Assembly (NCBI RefSeq): GCF_001194135.2
Contig: NC_069000.1
Location: forward strand, 17,317,454-17,381,453
DNA length: 64,000 nt
Reading direction: 5' to 3'
Source of the DNA: Octopus bimaculoides
Lineage: Eukaryota
Shown here: positions 37,573 to 50,832 of the stretch, in pieces
Numbering within the stretch: the stretch's first letter is position 1
Layout of the letters: every line of letters starts with the position of its first letter
Made by a program: the position numbers and the translations under genes
The notes under the pieces: model-generated
What the model saw: only the letters and a program-made list of their open reading frames with translations
Databases searched by the model: none
What the model was told of the DNA's origin: nothing

Positions 37573-38356
37573 TATTCTCACTTTATAACAAGTGATATAC
37601 ATATCTTTTAAAGCTTACTAAAGTTTAAAAATCTCCAAACTTATCTTATTCAAATATCATTTATAACATGTTGTCATAGAGATGTCAGCGAAATTTGAAA
37701 TGCAAGGGAGTTTTGAAAGGAATATATTCTTTTATCTTTATTCTTTTTTTTTTTTACCTTTAATTTGACTGTTTTACAGAGATTAAGTGTGTTTGTATCA
37801 TCAGTAAAATACCAAGTGTCACTGTGTAGAACAGGTAAGAACAGTGTTAGAAAAACTTGAGGGAGTAGTGCAGAAATAACTGATAACTGATAGGTAATCT
37901 GTTTCATTTTTAATCATGCAAACAAAAGCTATGCAACAAACAAAAGCTATGCACAGAGACTGTGTCATTTTTAAGAAATCCAGTAGTTGTGTAATCTGTG
38001 TCAGTATGGTATATAATCCTAAAGGCAATAGACAAGCAAAATAGACTACCACGTTTGCTGGTATGTAAGACACACTCTTGCATAAGATGCAACTTTGCTT
38101 TACAAGTATATTTTCGTTGTACACTCACACACTCAATATCCCATCCAAAATACAGTTGCAGTTGACACATGGCAATTTTTTGTTACATTTAAGAATTTGA
38201 AAAGATCATCTCATACACCAGCACATACAATAGCAATACAAAATTAAATCAAAGACACAGGAACATTTTAGACACGTTATTCTTTGTTAAAAAAAAAAAC
38301 AAGAGAAGAAAAAAAAACATATCTTAAAAATACAGGGAAAATAAAAATATCATTTA

Positions 38357-38733
38357 TCTTTTACTTGTTTTCAGTCATTAGACTGCAGCCATGCTGGGCC
38401 ACTGCCTTGAAGAATTTTAGTCAAACAAATCAACCCCAGTATTTATTTTTATTTAAGCCTGGTAATTATTCTATCTTTTGCTGAACCACTATTGCTACAG
38501 AGCCATAAACAGGCCAACACTGGTTGTCAAACAGTGGTGAGGGACAAATAAACACGAAGTCACACACATGCATGGTTTTATATATATCCACTCACAAGGT
38601 TTTGGTTGGCCTGAGGCTAAAGCAGAATAGTAGAAGACACTTGCTCAAATTGCCATGTAGTGTAACTGAACCCAGAGAACCTGGAACCATGAGATTGTGA
38701 AGCAAAATTCTTACCACAGAGACATGTCTGTAT
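38357..38733 (-). mobile_element. SINE family C copy
   Basis: ttttcagtcattagactgcagccatgctgg tail, ccactcacaagg...agaagacacttgc body, actgaaccc B-box in reverse. Confidence 0.85.
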
Positions 38734-41700
38734 GCATGTATGAACAGCAGTGAATATGGGTGAAAGAAAGGTGTGTAAGAAACAAGGGAAAGAGTGGAAA
38801 GGGTGAAAGTAAACACTCAGAAATCCTTCATTTAGTTTTCAATTTGATTCAAAATTTAATTGCTTAAATGCCATCATTCAATTACAAGTTTAAGATCTTG
38901 CTTCACTGTTAAAGTATGACAAAGCAAAGTAAAATTTAACTAATAGCTGATGTTGGTGTTGTTGATTTGCTTCAGTTAGTTCTACTTAGGTCAACCAATG
39001 CCCCAGTTCTACTTATGCCAGCTGCCAATGCCAGCTGTATACTTAAGAGCAACCAAGTGAACTTCAATACTAAATTAGTATTCTACTTGTGGTTTAACAA
39101 GTTTCTCCTTAAATAAAAAAAGGAAAAAGAAAAAAGAAGGTTACCTCTATGAAAATAGTATCCATATATTTTAGCTAGATAGCATGACAGGAGTAATTTG
39201 ATAATGTTTACTGTTTTGATTCATTGCAATTTAATATGAATGGAATTTCATTGAATGACAATTCTGGAAGAAAAGGATTGGAAAAATATTTACTATTGGT
39301 TCTAGAAGGAGGTGTCTGAACTCTGAGGTGATGTACATCCAAAGATGACAGAGTGGAGGTGAAAGTCAAAGCCCACCTCCATTTATATATATACATACAC
39401 ACACACACCTTGATAGAATAAGCTGAAAGGAAGCTTCCAACTATCAAAGTGTTACATCACCAGTTAGGCCTGATAGCTATGGGAGGTTTCATGCATTAGG
39501 AAGGATTACAACATCATCATTTTATCTTCAACACTGCTACATATTCAATCAATGCCATTATTACTAATACCACACTATTAATATTATTATGGTAACCAAG
39601 TACCATTATAAGATGGGTATAACTTTACCATAAGACCTTATGTTAGAGACAGTCAAAAGTACTTTTTATGACAAGGTCACACATACACACATGCAATATA
39701 ACCTTCAATGACAATGGTAAACATTATATTAAAAAAAAAAAACAGGTGGGAAATCATGTAATTTGTCTTTTAAGGTGCAGGTGCTTCTCTAGTTATTTCC
39801 AGTAGGTCAAGTAGTCACATAGAGCTTCTCTCATTTAAATGCATGATGCAAGATTCAAACAAATTGGAAGAGTAATGATGAAATAACTGGAAATTAATTC
39901 ATGAGTTTTTTTACATGTAAATAGAATCTACACTACACACCTCAGCAATATTCACATCTACTATCCAATTGTCTTTTCTTTTTTAAGATGGTATGGTGTG
40001 ATATGAAAGAATTTGGCTGCTATTTTTAGTATTCCAAGTATGTAATTGAGCAATCATATATTTACAGCTAAAGTGGAACAAGCTACAGTGCTAGGGACAA
40101 TGAACTGTAGACCTTTAAGTAAACAGTTCAACAACCAACTAACTCCAGTTATTTGCAACGCTCATTAAATGAGGAGCAGCTGCTTATTCAATCAAATTCA
40201 ATAATTAAATGGAAATGCAAATTACAGCTGCAATTTTTTTGACATTCATTTTATTGCTTAACATTTAAAAATTAGTAACTAAGAGTATTTAAAATTATTT
40301 GCATTTTATGATAAATCCCAACTGAAAAGTAAAGGAACAATTTGGACATCACCATTTTAATTTATTGTAAAAAAAAGTCGTAGATTCCAAGAGTTTACTT
40401 TAACTCCAAAAGTGTTAATCCCCAATATTGCATATTTTGCCCATGGAAAGCTATGAGCTCAGCTTTCTCTATGTACAAATGAAACCCTAGATGATTATTT
40501 ATACTTGATCAAACAAAGAAATAATCATCAGTATTGGTAATCTAATTAGGGAGATGTATCAGTAAGAATCAAAGTACAGCTAAAAACTGAACCAGCATAT
40601 GTCGTTCTTGTGTAAGGTGAAATGTTGGTTAATACTTTTCCCAATGAAGAACTATGAAGTGAATATTCAACCCTATACTCCAACTTCTAATTTATGCTTT
40701 AATGAAGAGCCCTATTCTAAATATGTCATCTCACACTATGGCATACACATCATCTACTTTCATTTCTGAATATACAGTTTGTTCTAATAGAACATTCATG
40801 TTTAAGTAGGGATAAATATTACCTCTTGGTATTAATACTACCTCTGTCGTTTGTATCATTTAAAATAAAACCTTCCATCAAAATTTCACACAAATTTATG
40901 TTCTAAACACCAGCTTAACACAACTAAAATCTTCATTATTTTTTTTAACTGACTGGTAGCAAAAGAATTAATAAAATATATGAAGGAGCATAAGTTACAT
41001 TCTTCAACATTTTCATATTTAGTTATATTTAAATTGTTTATTCACAATATCAGTTATGGTTTTATATTATGATTGATTAATAGAATAAATAGTTATGTTT
41101 CTATTGCTCTGATCAACTCACATCAATTCAAATGAAATTTTTCTTCATTATGTAAATCTACAGGAGCTTCTTATTCAAGGGAGATAACTTAGAGTTTACA
41201 TAAAATGACAGAGCAAAAGTCTTTTCCTTAGAAAATAACTGGAATGTCGAACATAGTAACATTCAAAGTTATTTACTATGATAGAACAGGTTCAACTTGA
41301 CCAAAGCGCAGCCAACATTTTTCTCAAGTGAAGAAAATATTTTTTTAGAAAGTGTATTATGGTGGGTGCTATGTGCTTAAATTGAAACTGGGTTAGGAGG
41401 TCATAGAGACACAACAAGAGTGATAGATTGTACTGTTGTCTAGCTTCTCACCACCACCACCACCACCACAAGTCAGCATTGATCCAGCTGATCTATAATC
41501 AAAGGCACTCCAGCAATGACCATCACATCTTTCTTTTTAGGCATAGTGTAACCTGGACTATATTATCCAAAGTGTTTATGTTTAAAATAATATCATGTGA
41601 ATTGAGGGATACAAAGCTGCTATTTCAAGCAGGTTGAGCACCACATAGAGGGTACCCCCTCATTAGCTGTTACCAATGCTGGATTTCATGACTGAAAAAA

Positions 41701-41914
41701 GTAATTCTCAATGGTCCTGTTTGTCTTGTTGCAGCACATTGATGGAAATAGACCTACCCAAACAAAATTCAAATCTTCCTACAGGTATAGTTTGGTTGGA
41801 GAAAATTGGACATAACCAGGCTTGCTTTCTCATTAAAGATACTTACATGAAGACTGTTACTTAACTCTTTGGAGACAGATGTTTTTTATGCCAAAAGAGG
41901 TGGAGCCATTTTAA

Positions 41915-42719
41915 CCCTTTTGATACCAATCCAACCAAAACCACCCCTGCTTTTATGATATAAATTTACTGTTTTAAAGTGATATAAATTAAAACCTTTA
42001 GTCAAAATTCCATGTTAATTTATGTTCCAAATACTAGCTTAATAATGATAAAAATTATTTTATTAAATTCTTCATTATTTTCAAAGTTTAATAATGTCAA
42101 AACTGTTTCACTAAGTCCTTCATCATCATCATCATCCATCATTTTGAATCCGGATTTTGTCCCCATTAATCAGGGATGGGGGGTGCAGATCTACCTCAAT
42201 GCCATAGCAACTGCCGTCACACCATCTCACCCAGTTTTGGGCGTCCTCCCTTCTCAAGCCAACCCTCCCAATCTCATCCTCCTCCACCTGTCCCTTCTAC
42301 ATTTTCGTCGGTCTACCTCGCTTTCGCTGTCCATTTACCTCAAACTCTAGCACCCTCTTCAGAACATGCTCTTCATTCCACCTCAACACATGCCCATACC
42401 ACCGCACTCCATTCACCCTTGCCAGCCATTCCACTGATTTCTCCAACCCCAGCATCCTCATCAAGTCCTCAGTCCTCCACTTATCAAACAGCCTCATGCC
42501 ACACATTTCTCTCACCATTGCTCTCTCAGTCCTTCTCAAAATTGCCATCTCTCTCTCCCTCAAGCACCATGTTTCACTCCCATACAGCATTGCAGCTCTC
42601 ACACAACTCCTATAGACCTTTCCTTTCTTCTTCAATGAGAACCTTCCCCCATATAACAATGCTCAAAATTAATTGAAACAAAAGCAGTGTGTTTCAAAAG
42701 AAATATGATAATGAAAGGG
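41915..42719 (+). mobile_element. piggyBac-like MITE family 1 interrupted by an RTE LINE fragment
   Basis: TTAA at 41911-41914 and 42720-42723, termini cccttttgatacc / gataatgaaaggg; the halves match 56349-56570. Confidence 0.75.
42119..42655 (-). mobile_element. 5'-truncated RTE LINE fragment, second subfamily (RT thumb/C-terminus and (ATG)n tail)
   Basis: KGKVYRSCVRAAMLYGSETW...RWYGHVLR...KRGRP, ending ggattcaaaatgatggatgatgatgatg. Confidence 0.92.
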
Positions 42720-42981
42720 TTAAAAAGAAACAAAATAGGTCCAAAACTCTGTTAAAAATATATCTGAATCTCATGGAAGATATTTGTATATCTTAATGTT
42801 AACTCTATCTCAGATCAAAGATAATTTTATATTAATAAATATATATTGTTCACAATGCAACTTGTATCAGAAACCTCAGATAACTGAAGTAACCAAAGAG
42901 GAGTTTGTAAAGCCTTCACTGTTAACCTTTAAACAGATGTAAATATACCGTGTTATTCTCTTCTCACACAGAAAGCTGCAT

Positions 42982-43280
42982 GAAGGTGTGTGGCATAGTG
43001 GTTAGGATATTGCACTCATGATCTTGCAGTCTGGTTTTGATTCTCGGACCAGGTGCTGCATTGTGCTCTTGAGCAAAACACTTCATTTCACATTGTTCCA
43101 ATCCAGTCAGGGTTTTTACAGCTGGATGCCCTTCCAACCACTCTGTAGAGTGGACTAAGATATACTTAATGGATATAGACTTTGCAATAGATTGGCATCC
43201 AGTTCAGGGAGAATGTTGTGTTCTTGGTCACTTATACTCCATGGAAACCAGGAAACTGACACAAAGAGTCCTAAGACTCA
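42982..43280 (+). mobile_element. SINE family B copy carrying a foreign ~62 bp insert (43111-43173)
   Basis: tggcatagtggttagg A-box, tgtgctcttgagcaaaacact motif, resumes at gattggcatccagttcaggg. Confidence 0.75.
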
Positions 43281-44087
43281 AGATAGTAATGTCCACACAG
43301 AAAACTAAAGATGTTCCTGACATGCTCCAGTTTTTTTTTTATCACTCATTGCAACACAAATACCTCCTCACCCTTCTACCCACAAAGAGAACTCATAGCA
43401 AGTGCTATTTACATCAAACATAAACTAAAACTTAGCTGTTAACAGACAGACTGGTTTGTATACCAGGTGTTTGCTATCAGCATGATTAAATACTGAATCA
43501 TGCTGTTGTAGTTAAACTGCAGTTTAACTACTTTAAATTTATTTCAGTTTTCTTCTACACACTGTATTGTACATAAATATTTATAAGTCATCTAATCACA
43601 CCACCATCAATAATAGCTTTTCTATGAGTGAAGAGAGTAATAAGGTACATTTACAGTTGTTTAAAGTTTCACAGTGAGAGCATTAAAAACTGTAATTTTC
43701 CAAATTTAAATTTATCAGATATATTTTATATTCTTTTCAGATTTCAAATATCAGGGGGTGGGGGTGTACTATAATGACCTGAAATTATACAATGAGAACT
43801 TATTCTACTGTTTTTCTGTAGCTTTAAACCCTTCAGCAAGGTACTTTACTTCAGTCTAAGAGCCACTTAATAACTAAGGAGTTAAATTAATAAACTTAGA
43901 ATTATTCAGATCAATAGTGTCTATTTGACTTTTAGCAGCGTCCTGATAGCAACAGTGTCAATGCCCAAGCCACTTCTCAGATGGACCAATCCAGCTAGCT
44001 TTAAGTGGGAACAACATATAAATGTACAACTCACTACTAAAAGTGCCGGGCGTAGTGTTTCATCAGTTTCATATTACATGACTAACA

Positions 44088-44280
44088 TAAGGTGGTGAGC
44101 TGCCAGAATCTTTAGCACACTGGGCCAAATGCTAAGCAATATTTCATCCATCTTCACATTCAGAGTTCAAATTCTGCCATGGTTGACTTTGCCTTTCATC
44201 CTTCAGAGTTGATTAAATAAGTACCTGACTTGCCCTTCTTTGAAATTGCTGGCCTTGTACCAAAATATGAAACCAATATT
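44088..44280 (+). mobile_element. SINE family A copy
   Basis: aaggtggtgagctgccagaatc head, gagttcaaattc, core and tail. Confidence 0.85.
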
Positions 44281-44721
44281 ACAAGACCAACACCATGTCA
44301 GCATTAAAAAAAAACTTAATGTTGTCTCAGCCTACCAAACTGCCAATGGAGACAAGATGATATAGCTCCAAGGATCCTCACATGAATAATAACTTGAAGA
44401 AAGATGGACTCTGCCAGGCCAACATGAAGGTATAACCCTTATGTGGTACCCCTATAAGCTAATAGGTTGTGACACTCACAAATGTTATGTCTGGTACTTT
44501 ATTGATTTATTTCTTAAGCAGAAGACTGATTTAGTACTTACTATAGAAAGATTTTTAAAAAATGTTACAAATGTCAACAAACATTTGTAACATATTTGAT
44601 TTTTGTCAGATGTGACTTTTCTTTAGTGTAGTACCTAGTAAAGCTACATGCATATTATGGTGCAGTTGATTTTTGTGCTTTTGTATAAAAATGATTAAAA
44701 AATAATCTTTTATATGAAAAA

Positions 44722-44880
44722 TATTTAAGCTTGCTTCCAGCAATGTAGTGTCAGGTTCAGTCCCACTGCACAGCACCTTGGGCAAGTGTCTTCTACTATA
44801 GCCCTGGGTCAATCAAACCCTTACAAGTGAATTGAGTAAGCAAAAACTGAAAGAAGCCGGTCATATATGTGTGTGTTTGA
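44722..44880 (+). mobile_element. SINE family C 5' half
   Basis: caggttcagtcccactgcacagcaccttgggcaagtgtcttctactatagcc. Confidence 0.85.
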
Positions 44881-46424
44881 GTGTCCAGCAAATGATGTTC
44901 TTCACTTTCTGTCTTCTATGAAAAACATGTCTGACCCTGGGCAAATATTATCTTGCATGGAAACAGGTGATGGTTGGCAACAGGAAAGGCATCTGGCCAC
45001 AGAAAAACTTCCTTAGCAAATTTCATCTGTCCTATGAAAGCGTTAAATTAAGCTAATGAAGTTATATAATTTATATATTATTCAATGAGTCTTTCCTAGT
45101 TGTTGTCTTTTAGCCACATGTCATCTCTGATCAAGCAGACTTGTGATCAAAGACAATTCAATATAATACCAAAACATTCAGTTATCCTTGTTGTTTGTTG
45201 TTTTGTGAGAACAATTGTTATTGTTGTTATTGCTTAGCATTAAGTCAACCTTAATCAAGCAGTCTATTATTCAGACAATAGTTTTTATCTTGGATTACAT
45301 TATCAAAGGTGTCCTTCTTAATTGCTGTTGTTGTTTAGCCAAATGTCAGCCTTGATTCAGTAATCTTATGAATCAAAAACATTCCAGCCATACACATCCT
45401 AGTGTATCTAGGACTACATCATCCAATATGTCTTTTCTCTTTTCAAAATGATACGGTTTGATTGATTTGAGAGAGGTTTAACTACTATTGCCAACTGATC
45501 ATGTTTTACAGTTTATTCGTTGTTTAGTCCCAGATTATCTATGATCCAGCAGACCTTTGAAGAATATTTCAGATGTAACCATCATTTTTTTTCCTTGGGG
45601 AGGGGGGGACTACATTATTCACTGTATCTATAAAGGCAGCAATTCTCAGAGAATATCAACTAATACTACTATTACCACTACTATATATGATTTAAGACTA
45701 CATTCTGCTAAAATATTGTTTTCCTAGATGATATATTGATTTTATGCTGCTAAAATATTAATTCCACTCATTAATGTCACTATACTATATAAAATGTAAA
45801 ACTACCAACAAACAGAATTAATGGAAATTATATTATTCATTAGGTCACAAGACACATTTGTTTGCTTTTAGACTTAACTAACTGAACCTCAGTATTTTAC
45901 TGGTACCTTCTTTAATGACCTTGAAGATATAAAGACTAAAAACAACCTGTAAAATATGTTTCACTCAAGTATGATACAGGTCACATACTGGACAGTGGTA
46001 CTGCTACACACACACACTAGACCATATCCTTAAGGCCATTCAATGAATCAATGATTCACTCCACTCATCAAGACACTACACCAAATATCTAACAGACACT
46101 GCTCTTTCTGTTTTTCTCTTTGTTATTTATTTCTATTGCTACTAGAACAGGATCTTCTCCTCAGAACTAGAAAAGTATCTCTCCCACACAAGCTGTCCCT
46201 CCACTTCATGCTACCCTAATTGGGTACCCAGTTTTCAAGTCTTTCCTAACCAGAACTGCAACCCTCTGCAATCACTCCTTCTCTACCCATATCAGACACT
46301 CAACCACATTAGTTAATGTAAAGAATGTGCGTGTGCATGTGTGTGCATGTCTACCTACATACATATAGGTGCAGGTATGGCTGTGTGGTCAAACATGTAC
46401 ATCTTGCATTAGTTAATGTTAAGC

Positions 46425-46467
<43 letters not shown>

Positions 46468-46502
46468 AATTTAAGGATTGGAGAAAACGCATGTTATAGT
46501 TG

Positions 46503-46601
46503 CATACTTTATTCCTACATATGTTTCAAAGGATTACAACCTGTGTGATCCATAGGGATCTTTGATATTAAAATTGTAACCTTCTCATCAGGGAAAGCAT
46601 G
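46503..46601 (-). ncRNA. Type I hammerhead ribozyme motif with complete core, probable Penelope-like element terminus
   Basis: Minus strand: stem I TTCC, core CTGATGA (46591-46585), stem II GAAGGTTACAA/TTGTAA(T)CCTTT enclosing hairpin GATCC-CTAT-GGATC, GAAA, stem III AC-ATAT-GT (palindrome ACATATGT), GUA cleavage triplet, stem I partner GGAA, then overlapping AATAAA. Predicted cut between 46516 and 46515. Confidence 0.8.
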
Positions 46602-48237
46602 GGAATCATCTTAAACGTAAGACATTATGACCGATTATGAAAACAATAGGTGGATAAGGTTAGAAGAAATACACATAATTATATNNNNNNNNNNNNNNNN
46701 NNNNNNNNNNNNNNNNNNNNNNNNNNNNNNNNNNNNNNNNNNNNNNNNNNNNNNNNNNNNNNNNNNNNNNNNNNNNNNNNNNNNNNNNNNNNNNNNNNNA
46801 AGGTCTTTAAACTTTTAAATTTTCATATTCAAAAGAGACATTATCAACTAATTAATGAGTGACATTAATGAGTGGAATTAATATATTGGTAACGGTTGCT
46901 ACATCCTCTGAGAAAATTATATATATATATATATATAAGGGAAGAATGGAAATGTTAGTATTACATTTATTTCACAGTTTACAATTGTTTCAATAACATA
47001 CAACATGTATGAAGAGGGAAGAGAGCAATGATACAATCACATCAATTATATGATACTCATTATATAATGGATGACCTACAGTCATAACACTTGTGAACAA
47101 ATACAGTTGCAGAGTGGATGAATTTACTTATTTTGGATGACCTGGTATGAGGTTATTAATTGATTCAGGAAGGAGGAGTTAATGATGGAAGTGTCAATTT
47201 AATTGTATTTCTTGACAATATCATTTTACATTACAAGTTCCATTCACAGACTCAGGTATTTGTTTGGTCGAGTTGATAAGATTTCGTAAAAGTTTTTTTA
47301 CAACTACATCAGTCGCAATAAATTAATTAGGACCAGGTTAAGTTTGGTCATTTCAAAGATTCTCTAATATCTTGAAAAGGAAAAGGACAGAAATAGCCCC
47401 AAAAAGATTGGATGGTTATATTTGGAATGCCCCTGTGCATAGATTTGTTTAATCGAAGTTGGCTTGAGGTTAAATAACAACAATAATTACCTTATCCACT
47501 GCAACATATTTATCTTTTAGAATGATACTAGTGTATTAGATTGGCATGGGTGGATACATATATGTTTACTATTCCTTCCTTTACGCAGTTACTTGATCTC
47601 CTAAATATTAAAAGCTGAATTGCTCTCACCACCTATATACTAGGCTTGAAAACAAAAGAATGAGATGGTTATGATAGGAATGCCTTTGGTCTTAGGTCTA
47701 TTGAATTAGGGCAGACCTGGGAAAACAATCATACTACTAGATACACTGCCAGAAAAGGAGAGGGTATGGTCATGGCTGGAACAAGTTGGTTCTAGGTCAG
47801 TTGGATCAGTTCAACGACAGCATATACACATGTAACAACTTGATAAATCTATACATATAAACTTAATGCACTGCAAGAGCTACATAGCACAATACCAAAG
47901 AAATAAAGTGAATTTATGCGTGGAAGGAAACAGGCACTGATGTACGAACAATGAGTATATAATGTCTTTATAATCTTTACATGACTGTTTAATGAATGTC
48001 CTACAAATATATGAGAAACAGATGCTTGCTAAGCTATATAAAAGCATTCGCAGCAAGTAACCTGGGGAAGATTACCATTGCAGTTAGTTAAGTTTACAAT
48101 AATTCTATCAGACAATTTCAATAATAAACAAAATATTACAATAACCACTTTAAAGTTAGGGTCCCAAATGTAACAATAACTTAATCTCACTTAAACTGAA
48201 GTCCAAGAATATATACATTATATATATATGCGTACAT

Positions 48238-48281
<44 letters not shown>

Positions 48282-49271
48282 GCTACTTCAGTATATTGTT
48301 TACATGTCAAAAGGTAGCTGCTTTGTGAAGCAATGCTTTTGTATTTAGAATATTGCCCCTCCTTTCCTCACTGCTGCTAACTGCAGCCAGACAAAAACTG
48401 CAGCAGCTGCAAACCCTATCACACAATTGAACAGTGTGAGATCTATGCACTCCTTCACTGTATTATGCTATTATTGTAGCGACTACTGTGGGAATCTGTT
48501 CACTGCATGTCCTCTCACCCAAACTAAACATTTTACACAAATCACACTACTTAGTTCTCCCAACTCCAATCATTTACAACAAATAACATCAATCACACCC
48601 CCTTCTTTATCTGCACCAACCTCTAGATATACAATGCTTCCTGTCCCAAGAATCTTCCCAATATGTTCTATAGTATCCTGGGTATTTTTCATTTCATATT
48701 CAACACAAACAGCTCTTCAAACATTGCCATTAAGCTCACTCTTAACTCTTTAGCATCCACACCAGCTGAAAATGAACACCATCACAAAAAATTAAACAAA
48801 AAAATGTTTTTTACTTAGACCCACCATTTTCTAGATATGTTCTATTTACTAAAAAGAGCCCCACCCACCCCACTCTACTCAGACAAAAAACACAATATAA
48901 TATAATTTCCTTCAGTTACATCATTCCATAATATTTATATATGTGAATATATCAACAGACACTAGCGATGGTTTTATGAATACAAAAGAATTCAGATAAA
49001 AGGCTTTCTTTGAGCTTATTAACAGTTTTTTTTTTTTACAAGCTTAATCACTATAATTTATATTACATTTTATTTTGTAGCCAAATTGAGATTGAAGAAA
49101 TTTCTAAATAAGTGTGCAAGAAAATATACTTTGGAATATAAGTACCAATCCAGGCCACTGGATTGGCAGAACTGTTACAGCAGATGAGATGTCTTGCAGT
49201 GTTTATTCTGACTCTTTGCATTCTGACAGCCAAGACCATTTTTGTGACTGTGACAGCGCTGATAAGATAAT

Positions 49272-49673
49272 TATTTCTAATTAAGGTGCAGGGACAGTAA
49301 TTTTGGGAGGAAAGGGTTAGTCAATTACACTGACTCCAGTCCTTTATTTTATCAACTCTGAAAGGATGAAAGGTAAAGTTGACCTCAGTGATATTTGAAT
49401 TCAGAATGTAAAGAATTGAAATGCCACAAAGCATATTGTCTGATGCTCTACTGATTCTACCAATCCACCACCTGTAATTTCTAATTTATGCACAAGGCTA
49501 GCAATTTGGGTGGAGGTGTTAGCCAATTAAATTCACCCCAATACTTGACTGATATTTTATTTTATAGACCCACAGAAAGATAAAAGGCAAAGTTTACCTC
49601 AGTGGGATTTTGAACTCGGAACAAATACAAGAGGCATTTAATCTGATGTTCTAGTGCTTCTGTCAATCCACTG
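49272..49673 (-). mobile_element. Two head-to-tail SINE family A copies
   Basis: Two successive a(a)ggatgaaagg/gataaaaggcaaag...tttgaa.tc units. Confidence 0.8.
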
Positions 49674-50612
49674 ACATGTAACCATGCTAACAATGATAAC
49701 TACTGATTAAGATCACACCAAACTGATTCTCTAAACATATTTGTATGCCCATAGTGGTAAATCTCATGAGTCCTTAAAAATATATTCAGTGACAGATTTT
49801 CATAATATTGATATGCTCAAGCAGAGATGATGAGGAAACTCAATCACAATAAACATTTCAGGATTACTACAAAATTTCTATTGCCCCATGAAAGTTAAGA
49901 CAGCTGGAGTCAACAAGAATTTACATCATAAATTGGAATTTCAATTATATAAAAATGTTACGTTTTCTCAGTTATCTTTCAATTCAGCTCAAAAGATACG
50001 AAAACAAAACAAACTAGATCTTCCTTTCTCAAGATTTGCTTCAGATAAGTAAATAACATGTAAAAAAAAAAAATTCTGCCACAAGGATAATGGAAGAGAG
50101 GGACATTACAAAACAGAAGCAGTTTAACAAAATCAAGATAAGCATATAAAAAAAAACAAAAAACAATATAGAAAGGAATACTAGTAGCAAGTGCTGTTTT
50201 CCCAGCTGTGTTCTCCAGCCAGATTCATGATAAGAGTAGGCCCACTCACTCCAGCAATATTCCTCACTCTCACTCACCATTACTCGCACAGCAAATTTAC
50301 TGAGGGATGTGAATGGGGCTGCACCTCCTGATTTCTAATATCCATACAAGATAATAAATCTTAAGTGAAGAAACAGTTAATTAAAATGACCTCAGTACTT
50401 AAGGAATATTTATTTTATTGATCCCTCTTTCCAGAGGGTAAAGTGTAAGGTCATCCCTACTGGGATTTGAAATCAGAACACAAAGACACATTTAGCCCAG
50501 TACTCTATGACTTCTACATAATAATAATAATAATAATGATGATGATGATAATAATTTTCTAACATAAGCTTAAAGCTAACTAAGCATATGTTATAAAATG
50601 AACATTTCTTCA

Positions 50613-50832
50613 CCCTTTCATTTCCAACACAGTTGAAACCAGCTCTGGCACTGAGTATAAATGTCTTGTTTTCATAAGTTTTGAATTAAAATCTTCCACC
50701 AAACCTTTGTCGCAATTTATATTCCTAATACTAGCTGAATGATAACTAAGTTATTTTACTAAATTCTTTGTTATATTTAAAGTAACTGAAAGAAACACAG
50801 AGCATCTCAAAATAAATACAGTAATAAAAGGG
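50613..50832 (+). mobile_element. piggyBac-like MITE family 1
   Basis: High identity to 56349-56570; ends aaagggTTAA; left TSD degenerate (ttca). Confidence 0.8.

Noticed and set aside
43822-43840. 19-nt AG...GT microexon-like unit (similar 39-nt unit at 51082-51120)
   Set aside because: Such site pairs are expected by chance in AT-rich DNA, and there is no independent support.
47270-47320. Minus-strand CTGATG...GTAAAA/TTTTAC-GAAA hairpin resembling a hammerhead
   Set aside because: Extra bases disrupt the CUGANGA-stem II junction, and stems I and III are unconvincing.
48035-48044. TATATAAAAG TATA-box match
   Set aside because: No initiator or downstream gene evidence; common by chance at this AT content.
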